NCBI RefSeq assembly: GCF_031769215.1
Contig: NW_026782195.1
Span: 1,674,001-1,738,000 of the forward strand
Length of the DNA stretch: 64,000 nucleotides
From: Ylistrum balloti
Lineage: Eukaryota
Direction of reading: 5' to 3'
Shown here: piece after piece, positions 54,311 through 64,000 of the stretch
Numbering within the stretch: the stretch's first letter is position 1
How the letters are laid out: each line of letters opens with the position of its first letter
Notes under the pieces: model-generated
The model's database searches: none
Told to the model about the DNA's origin: nothing
The model's input: only the letters and a program-made list of their open reading frames with translations
Position numbers and translations under genes: made by a program

Positions 54311-55137
54311 ACTTATATAACATGTCACAACGATAATACGGTGATTTTCTTTTCAAAGAATATAGTAGACGTTTTAGTTCATATCAATATTCTGGCGAGC
54401 AAAGTACACCTATAATTCCAACGTTAAATCATTTTGTAAGGGAAAAGTTTTAGAAGGTGCGGTTTTTGATGTACAGTAGGTCTGCAGTGACGTTTCACAT
54501 TTTAAATGTTCGTTGCACAATGAGGAAAATTCAACCCGAAAATCCCCTGAAATTAACATATTTGTTCCGCATTACCAGCGAAGCGAGAAGGCACTGTACA
54601 TAACGTTACTACAACGTCGGTAGATAGTACAGGGTGTCTGCCTTGAAGAAAAGAGAAGGTACGTGATATTGTTATTATTAGACAACAGTGATGGTGACAG
54701 TCACTACGTAGTAAAATCCGATAGATAAATAAATAGTACCGATTTCTGAATTACGGTCGTAATCTGGCTAGCTATCGTGTAGGAACTCGTGTCATCACGG
54801 CCAGCCGGAAGTAAGTTAAAGTGTTATACTACATATATAATATGTCTTGTGGGCCAGGCCACAGTTATTTCGTTGGATGACGAATGAATGAAGTACTTCA
54901 GACTACAGTGTGTTTGCTCCAACATCTGCTGTACAGCTGGGGTAAATTTATGGACTGGATGTGCCACGATTTTAATATTTACATTTTTTTCTCCGTCATC
55001 TTCCTGTTTAATAGACGTGGGAGTGGAGAAGTGTGTGTACTGGGAAAACACTGCATAAACAAAGTTACAATTCAACGATACACGTGTATTTTGTTGTAGC
55101 TGAAATGGACAGCACCCCTGACCTTTAATTTATCAAA

Positions 55138-55459
55138 ATGCATCCGTGTAAGGACCAATCTGACCTTCCAGATCATCATAATGATGTGATTCCGAAACCT
55201 AATCTGGAGTTCGAAGATGGCACTCACTCAATTTTTATGATAATTCAGAAATTTCCTTTCCCCGTGGTTGTTCTGTGCGATACAACCAGGTGTCCGATTC
55301 CTGTGGACAGGTCGCGATTCAACTTTGATTTGTCGCAACCTCTGTTGTTCTACCGTAAGAGGAGTATTCAGAAGATTCCGGCCAGATCTGTGTACGTGGA
55401 CGACACTGACCAATACCAGGAGGCTGGTGACCCCCTACTCATCCCAGAGGACTACAAAG
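55138..55459 (+). CDS. CABIT-domain protein C (GAREM-like adaptor), coding exon 1
   Basis: MHPCK...QKFPFPVVVLCD...QPLLFYRKRSIQKIPARSVY...EAGDPLLIPEDYKG. Donor AAG|GTACGT at 55459/55460, phase 1. Confidence 0.87.
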
Positions 55460-56244
55460 GTACGTACCGTTAAGATATCTCCCTCAGATTAATCGAAATC
55501 ATTGAAGGATTGTTTTTCTAGTCGATAAAAAATATAGTTACTTCTTAAGAAAAACAAGATCGTTAAGAAAAAAATCAAAACAAAACTTTTAAATCGTTTA
55601 ATCACCTGTCAAAATTTCCAACCTTGCTTTGTTTTGTCTATTACAGGCAATCTGATTTCCTAACGCAGTATTATATAAAAGTTCTTCCGAGTCTAGACCA
55701 CCTGTCGTGACTTGTAGAAATACACCGTCAGATCGGTATCCACTAGGCAGCCTTATCTAAAACATTAATAAATCAAACGAAAAAACTCGCCTACTTGTGT
55801 TACCCTGAAGAATGCCATGCTTGATCTTGTAAAAGACGTTACGAGCTTTTAAATATATATGATTTTTAAATGTGTAAATCTCTCGTCTGATTTTCTCAGG
55901 GGTGTTTATGAACGTTTGGTCATACAACAGGATATAGAAAGCATGACCGATTTAGGATAAAGGGTTCGTCGTATAATTAAGACTGGCGACTTTCGCAGTA
56001 CTGTCTGTGAAATGTGTGTTTAAAATAGGTTCCAAAACATATTTCTATTGTAGGTTTTGCATGTATTAACTACAGTAGAGGTGAAGGTTACAATTATTTC
56101 CAAAAGTATATATAGAAACCAAGCGATAGGAAACTTTGTCACTGGTGTACCAACCTGTCATAGTTTTGTAATCCACATATCTAAGTGTAAATGTTCGTGT
56201 ATCCATTTAGTGTGAAGGTCTGTAAGACTGATGTATTTTGTAAT

Positions 56245-58230
56245 TTTTGATAATTGTAAAGGTCCGCGAGACCCGTGTAATTGTTAAGTGTAAAGGTCCG
56301 CGAGACCCGTGTAATTGTTAAGTGTAAAGGTCCGTGAGACCCGTGTAATTGTTAAGTGTAAAGGTCCGTGAGGCCCGTGTAATTGTTAAGTGTAAAGGTC
56401 TGTTAGACCCGTGTAATTGTTAAGTTTAAAGGTCAGTGAGACCCGTGTAATTGTTAAGTGTAAAGGTCCGTGAGGCCCGTGTAATTGTTAAGTGTAAAGG
56501 TCTGTTAGATCCGTGTAATTGTTAAGTGTAAAGGTCTGTTAGATCCGTGTAATTGTTAAGCGTAAAGGTCCGCGAGACCCGTGTAATTGTTAAGTGTAAA
56601 GGTCCGTGAGACCCGTGTAATTGTTAAGTGTAAAGGTCCGTGAGGCCCGTGTAATTGTTAAGTGTAAAGGTCTGTTAGACCCGTGTAATTGTTAAGTTTA
56701 AAGGTCTGTTAGACCCGTGTATTTGTTAAGTGTAAAGGTCCGTGAGGCCCGTGTAATTGTTAAGTGTAAAGGTCTGTTAGATCCGTGTAATTGTTAAGTG
56801 TAAAGGTCTGTTAGATCCGTGTAATTGTTAAGCGTAAAGGTCCGTGAGACCCGTATCATTGTTAAGTGTAAAGTTCATAGAGAACTTGTAATCGTTAAGT
56901 GTAAAGTATAAAGGACTGTGATATCTGTGTGTTAATTAAGTATAAAAGCCCGTGATGTCCGTGTGTAAATTAAGTATAAAGGCCCGTGATGTCCGCGTGT
57001 GAAATAAGTATAAAGGCCCGTGATGTCTGTGTGTTAATTAAGTATAAAGGCCCGTGATGTCCGTGTGTTAATTAAGTATAAAGGCCCGTGATGTCCGTGT
57101 GTTAATTAAGTATAAAGGCCCGTGATGTCCGTGTGTTAATTAAGTATAAAGGCCCGTGATGTCCGTGTGTTAATTATGTATAAAGGCCCGTGATGTCCGT
57201 GTGTTAATTAAGTATAAAGGCCCGTGATGTCCGTGTGTTAATTAAGTATAAAGGCCCGTGATGTCCGTGTGTAAATTAAGTATAAAGGCCCGTGATGTCC
57301 GCGTGTGAATTAAGTATAAAGGCCCGTGATGTCCGTGTGTTAATTAAGTATAAAGGCCCGTGATGTCCGTGTGTGAATTAAGTATAAAGGCCCGTGATGT
57401 CCGCGTGTTAATTAAGTATAAAGGCCCGTGATGTCCGCGTGTGAATTAAGTATAAAGGCCCGTGATGTCCGTGTGTTAATTAAGTATAAAGGCCCGTGAT
57501 GTCCGTGTGTGAATTAAGTATAAAGGCCCGTGATGTCCGTGTGTTAATTAAGTATAAAGGACCGTGATGTCCGTGTGTTAATTGTATAAAATTAAGTATA
57601 AAGGCCCGTGATGTCCGCGTGTGAATTAAGTATAAAGGCCCGTGATGTCCGTGTGTGAATTAAGTATAAAGGACTGTGATATCTGTGTGTTAATTAAGTA
57701 TAAAGGCCCGTGATGTCCGTGTGTAAATTAAGTATAAAGGCCCGTGATGTCCGCGTGTGAATTAAGTATAAAGGACTGTGATATCTGTGTGTGAATTGAG
57801 TATAAAGGCCCGTGATGTCTGTGTGTTAATTAAGTATAAAGACCCGTGATGTCCGTGTGTTAATTAAGTATAAAGGCGCGTGAAGTCTGTGTGTGAATTA
57901 AGTATAAAGGTCCGTGATGTCTGTGTGTTAATTAAGTATAAAGGCCCGTGATGTCTGTGTGTTAATTAAGTATAAAGGTCCGTGATGTCTGTGTGTTAAT
58001 TAAGTATAAAGGCCCGTGATGTCTGTGTGTTAATTAAGTATAAAGGCGCGTGATGTCCGTGTGTTAATTAAGTATAAAGGCCCGTGATGTCTGTGTGTGA
58101 ATTAAGTATATTGGCCCGTGATGTCCGTGTGTTGATTTAGTATAAAGGCCCGTGATGTCTGCGTGTGAATTAAGTATAAAGGCCCGTGATGTCCGTGTAT
58201 TTATCAAATTAAATGGCAAGTGATGTCCGT
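56245..58230. repeat. 34-bp minisatellite with two sequential subfamilies, inside gene C intron
   Basis: Type A TTAAGTGTAAAGGTCCGTGAGACCCGTGTAATTG (~56245-56880), then type B TTAAGTATAAAGGCCCGTGATGTCCGTGTGTTAA (~56900-58230). Confidence 0.96.
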
Positions 58231-61200
58231 GTATTTAGATGAAAAGTGTGTGTGTCGTGTATGTAAACTGAGCGACACAATAAGAATGTTTAACAAACAT
58301 GATTTTGAAATAACATATTATATTGTTAAAATCAATTCCCTTTGAACAGTAAGTATATTGAGGATGGGAAAGTAAATAGTTTATGATAACGAATGTTCGA
58401 AAAAAAATTGATTAATAATTCTGAGGGGTCTGTAATTCCTACAGGTGATTACGTGGAATATGTTAGCTATGTCTGTAACACGATCATAACACCATTTGCT
58501 AATCATGATCAGTTCTCGTATTTATGGGACAATTAAGTCGCCATTTATTAGGCCAACATTAAAAATCCCACGGCTATTAGTGACAACAGACTAACAGAGT
58601 CTGTGTAATTGAGGTCGGAATCACAGGGACATGAGAACCGTAGCACAGTGAAGTCAACGTTCCCAGTATCATGCAATACTATATTGGAATGTGTTGTTAT
58701 GTGTTTGAGACTTGGTTACGCTGTGTGACTTTTTTGACAATCAAATTACGAGTTTTCAAGATAATGAAAAGTTTCCGACATACATTTGCGGGGGATGCAG
58801 TTTTACCGTACCACAGTATTCCCAAACACGTGCAGACAAACTAACGACACTTTGACATAGAAAGTTAAAACGCATTACACGTATTACAAATCTCCGTCAT
58901 TTCCAACAAACACTATTCTATGAATTCCTTTGATGACACATGCGTTGTTATTTAATGATTGGCCATGTTTTAAATAAATTTCAAATAGGTACATGACATT
59001 CTTTAGAATAATATATATATAGCTGGGTTTTTTTTTAATACGTTGAAATGACTCGACTCCATGAAAAACGTCTAGGCTTTGTTCCTTAGAAGCTTATTAT
59101 GAAATTAAATATCTTATGATTTAAATGAGTGGTAACAGGTGAAATATATCTGGATCCAAACTCTTTTTCTGTGTTTACATTGTGTAAAAAAAGGAGGAAT
59201 TTGAACTTAACAATACTAAAGCTATGACTTAGTACTTGAACCATGACTTCACGGCGATGTAGTTAACACTTTGTAGCAGTCATATACGTTATAGACACAA
59301 ATACACAGTAGAACCTTTGAAACCCGTCCTCTGGTACACTCGTGATCTCTCTTAATCATTTAGAACTGAGTCAGTCACATTATTTACGTACGGTTTCCGG
59401 ACACCAAACAAGTCCTCCATACAAAATATGGTTGACTTTAATGTTATACACGCCGTGATAAATGGCTGCTAACAAAACAACGCAAATCCCAGAAAATACC
59501 TCTGAGTTTGTAACAAAATGGCCGATAATTACTTGTAGGTAACTAATGAAGTATGAAAATGTCTGTATAGATTAGTGGGCATGAAAATTATTCGAGGTTA
59601 TTACTTTGAGTCCTGTGATTGGATGGCTGGCACTAACGATTGATGGCATCATATTACAAAAACAATCGTGAATCACTTATTGCGAGTCCCAATTTCCGGT
59701 ATTGCGTGAAGCGCCCTTTTGGTCAAAGTTCATCCTGTCAGCTAATCAAAACATTCTAAATTGTTAAACCACGTGCGGTATAGCATGTATGTTGGAATGA
59801 TGAATTGATACTTTGGAAGTTGAATAACACTCACATATTTTGATAGAAAAAAAATTACGAACACATAGAGTCCTAGTATAGATGCCCTAACCTAATTTTA
59901 GATTGTTTCTGTGAATTTAGCAATACATGTTTTACTTTGTTTTCATAAAAGATCTTATTTGATAAAATGACCGAAGAAGTTCCATATAAAGCAACAGAAA
60001 CGAACAAAGTAGACAAATATATTTAGCTGACAATGAGAATATCCTGTTCACGGCACCAACTATCCACAAATGTGTTCGTCAACAACCCATGACGAGCGGA
60101 GAGTGGATGTTATTGCATGTAGTTCAATCGTTGTGGGCACAACAGGAAATGAAATGATCTTTGCTATAGCTGACTATGTACCAGTTTATCTTTCATCTAT
60201 GTCTCTCGCCAGACTATGCTATGTCCTTATTACACCTGCTGTCGCTTTTCTTTCTCACTAAATTATTCCTTAAGTGAGACACGGCCGTCTACTTTACAAC
60301 AATCTGTCCACCGCTGAATTGACTTCTCCGCCCTTAGAGTACAGACCAATCTGTCCGTGAACGGATGATGTTTACCCGACTATAGTCTTGGATGAATTAG
60401 ATCTTAGTACTTGCTCTTATGGGTACTTCCAGTTTCATGTGCATGTATTCAAACTACTAGTATTATTGGTATGGACTGATTATCAGCTTATCCTGTAGAA
60501 TTTATTAACAAATTTATGAATTAAGAAATCATAATTACTCCTAATTTACATATTTCAATTTTTGTTTATAACACAATGTAGAATTTTCTGATACCAAATC
60601 AATCGACATGAAAATATCCATCCTCAATTTTCAATGATTTGTCGCAAGTGGCAACATTGATGTTCTCCGATAATAATTGTTCAGGTCAGTATAAAATCCG
60701 CCAATTTCTGTCTCCGAAAAGGTGCGAAGGAAGCTACGGAAACGGCCGAGTGATTTTGTTTCATCTTGCGAAATAAGTAGGTCTTTATGATGATTGTCAA
60801 TCTGGAATGAAGCGACTGAATAATTTACTTTCATATCAAATCATTTGTAGGGGATACCTAGTATCTTTATGTATATGGTATCAACATTATTTTACTGAGG
60901 AGAAAAAAACCCTATTCGAATTTGTCCTAGTATTTTATAAACAGTCTAAAACCCTCGTAAATTTACATTGTCTGGCCTGATATCTCGCCAAATGTCACTC
61001 GCATACTGACACTTACCATTAAGAATTTGGTGAAATTTAAAACAAAATTACAATCCATCAAAAACACACATTTTGTCATGCAAATGTTCCAATAGTATGT
61101 TTGGCATTTGGAATCACTAGATTATAACGTAGAATTAAGTGACACAAAATGAAACAGATTTCTCCGTACTATGCGAAAACCCAAAATTCCCGTTAATAAA

Positions 61201-61606
61201 ATGTCGACATTTTAATACAGATCGCCCTTCTTTCTTTATGGTCGTCCTTTTCAATTGATATTAATTCTGAGATTAAATTGGCCACTTTACTCTCAGTATG
61301 TATAAGTCCAAGATAATTCTTAGGCATCCTTATGCATCCTGCCATGTTAGAGACTTATAACAACATAGCATTACTGTTTTCACAGTAGGATTTTTTTTTT
61401 AATTTTGACGTCCTCGTGAAACATTATCATATTAGGACTAGGTGACTTCTGATCAAATTAATCCTTAAAACTAGATTTATATTGAAACTTTATCATACAT
61501 AAACATTTAGAGAATTATAGATCGCGATCTGTTTTTTTAAAAATCAAACTGCGTTTATAAATGTCAGTGTAAAATATTCACATGAACTTTTCTTCATCCA
61601 TTCCAG

Positions 61607-64000
61607 GTTACTTTGCTATACTGAAGAGAAGAAATCTTTCCGGAACAACTGACAACAATGCACCACACTTTACGAAGATCGAGGATATTGCCCAGTCTGA
61701 CACAGAAAAGTTCCTAATTGGTGGTCAAAACCGGGTAAAAGCATACCAAGTAATCAATGGAAAGGATGATGACCAAAGTTACTATGATCAACAGCGGATG
61801 CTCTTTCCTGGGGATGTTCTACGGAAACTCAGGTTAATTACATCCGAGACGAAAAAGAAAACCAAATTCTTACGACGAAGGTCTCTGATAACAGAGAAAT
61901 TTCTTCTCTGTTTGGATGAGGCAGATCGAGAAGTTATCATTCCATTCACACAGACTGGATTGTTCTATGCTCTTACAACGGCATCAGGAAAGGGCACGTG
62001 TCCTGTAATGCAAATGAGCGAAATTGTAGCCAACAAGTTCTTGCCTTGTGTTGTGAAATTAGTGTACGGTCGCGTTCCCACGACGCCTTGCTTCTTCCCT
62101 GGTCTTTTACAACTCGACCAAGGGTATTTGGAGCAGTCTATCGTGGCTGCCACTATCATGAACAAGAAAAACATCCTTGTAGAGATACCATCCACTTGTA
62201 AGATGGAGTTTCGTGTAGCACATACGAACGATGAGCTGATTTCACACCAAGGATACAAAAATGCAGTCGACGTATCTAGGGAAAAGATTCATTCTTACAT
62301 GAGGAACATCAAAGTCTGCCTAAGTTGCAAATCCGATGACCAACTGCACAGCTGCGAGTCGTCCGGATCCATAACCGTCGGTGAAAGAGTATCACAGGTG
62401 TCACTGGAACCGGAAATGGAACCTCCAAAACCGTGCACGAAGGATATCAATAGAGATTCGGGTTACATAAAGATGGCACCGTCAAGCGATGATTTGTGTA
62501 TGCAATCCGATGGAAAACCAGAAATCAGTCAGGATCAGTATGTAAAGATGAAACTCACTTCACATACGTCCCCACCCCCTGATTATGTTCTTAAACTCTT
62601 CTTGGAGAACAAACTTTTTGAGGTGCCTGTATATTCCAGTGATGCAAACCAGACCGTTGACACTGATGATACAGAAAACACCTATACTTTGAAGGGGGCG
62701 GAGAACAGAAGTCAACACGTCACCACGCCTCCCGACCTACCTCCACCGCCTGTTCCATGTCCAGGAACGCCACCTTCTCTCTGCGGGGGTTCGCCATCAC
62801 AGGACAGTGGTATTTCAGATATTGGTTTAACAGATACTCGACGTCCGTCCACATTTATATTCGCTGAAAGTGAACAGAACCCGGATGATAACACATACGA
62901 CATCCCGCAGATTCCAACACGGCGTGTTAGCGCTCCGCCAAATTTCGATACCGTGCCTATCATTCCGGATTCCAAACAAGGCGCTTCACCAAAATTATTT
63001 CAATTCACCCGATCTAGATCCGCCAATAAGCGAGTGTCGAGCACGCCGTCTGAAATGTTGAAAGAAGATGGGAGACTGACGAGTCCCACAGATACAATAC
63101 ATGAGCACGACTTCGCCACAGAGAACCCTTGCTACGAAAACATCGAGGGCATGAAAGAAATCCAGGCGAAACTAATAGAACATCAAAACTTAACGGAATC
63201 GATCGACCCTGATGATGATCTGACATCGTTCCGCCTTCCGTGGTACCTTGAATCGTTAGACTCTTCTGAAAGGTACCAGACACCTCCCTCATCTTCATCT
63301 CCGCAACGGCACGACGATGATATTCATGATCCTCTTTACTACATGTCTCCGAACGATATCGACCACAGCGTTTATCGCACGCCGACCAGTAAAAGCCCCG
63401 GATTATCAAGTAGTTCGGTTTCACTTTCAGATCCGTTCGACAACGTCTTTGATATATCGCCATGTAATCCTACGCCACATGATTACTTAGAACTGATTGA
63501 TGCAGTTGCAGGTGAAAAGAAAGAGGAAGAAGATGACGAAGACGTGTATGATGTCATACCGGATATACCCGGTACCAAACCTCTGTCAGCACCACAGGGA
63601 ACGCTGAAAATGTCTGACAATGAATATGTTGATTGTTTAAACTCTGACCTAGTTGAGAATGAACAACCTCCACTTCCCCATCACATGCAACCCGTTACTT
63701 ACACGAACTCTTGTGTAAAAGCCAATGAGGCTTGCGAAGAAAGTAGTGATACTATTGGCACACACCTTGACGACGACGAGGGTGATAGTACAAAGATACA
63801 AGAAAGTGATCACGCCAAAGAACGGGAGAATGGAAACGTCGAAAACGAGGGTCATCACCAGATCAGCGAGATTTCTGATTCAAGCTTAATCTGCCACATC
63901 GAATCTGAAGTTGAATGTTTATATGGAGAGGAAACGAAAGATGTAAACAAAGATTCGGATTTTGAAATTGATGAGGTAGACCAAGCCGAAAATAACAGTA
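61607..64000 (+). CDS. CABIT-domain protein C, coding exon 2 (3'-incomplete, >=797 codons)
   Basis: Acceptor cttcatccattccag|GT TAC TTT (GYFAIL). The frame has no stop to the window end. CABIT signature LLCLDEADREVIIPFTQTGLF; also VKLVYGRVPTTPCFFPG. Then an acidic, Pro/Ser-rich tail with YIKM, YVKM, YDIP, YENI, YLEL and YDVI. Absent from the supplied ORF track, probably because it lacks a stop. Confidence 0.9.

Noticed and set aside
49052-54415. Cys-rich or repetitive ORFs (MFYGCPV..., MECRITTRVRS..., MIPRTLSISGY...)
   Set aside because: Translations of the 32-, 33- and 39-bp minisatellites, with no splice signals and frequent stops.
56245-56880. 34-mer contains AAAGGTCCGT, resembling gene C's donor AAAG|GTACGT
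   Set aside because: Only ~10 nt are similar, the array starts ~800 bp from the exon, and no exon sequence is included. Unlike the gene B array, this is compatible with chance.
62712-63858. Minus-strand ORFs (62712..62975, 63014..63463, 63649..63858; likewise 8457..8798 and 11501..11797)
   Set aside because: Antisense shadows of real CABIT coding exons.

Overview
AT-rich animal genomic DNA with spliceosomal introns; the repeat content suggests a bivalve mollusc (inference). It is not prokaryotic and has no CRISPR arrays. The window holds the last two coding exons of a NOL4/NOL4L-like gene (1-1270). Three divergent two-exon CABIT-domain (GAREM/Themis/Serrano-family) genes follow, arranged + / - / +: gene A 8587-11807, gene B 30797-18686, gene C 55138->64000. 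All three are split by the same phase-1 intron at IPxx(Y/F)xG|G(W/Y)F. Gene C's second exon (>=797 codons, running off the window) is missing from the ORF track and carries a long tail rich in tyrosine and proline docking motifs. The most unusual structure is in gene B's intron: a ~5 kb array of ~125 copies of the exon's own last 28 nt plus its 5' splice donor. Use of any donor other than the first would include an in-frame stop. The rest is about a dozen minisatellites (26-54 bp units, ~15 kb in total) and decayed mobile elements (Penelope-like, CR1/L2-like LINE, Tc1, tRNA-derived SINE, Helentron-like, one foldback). Array boundaries and copy numbers are estimated by eye.
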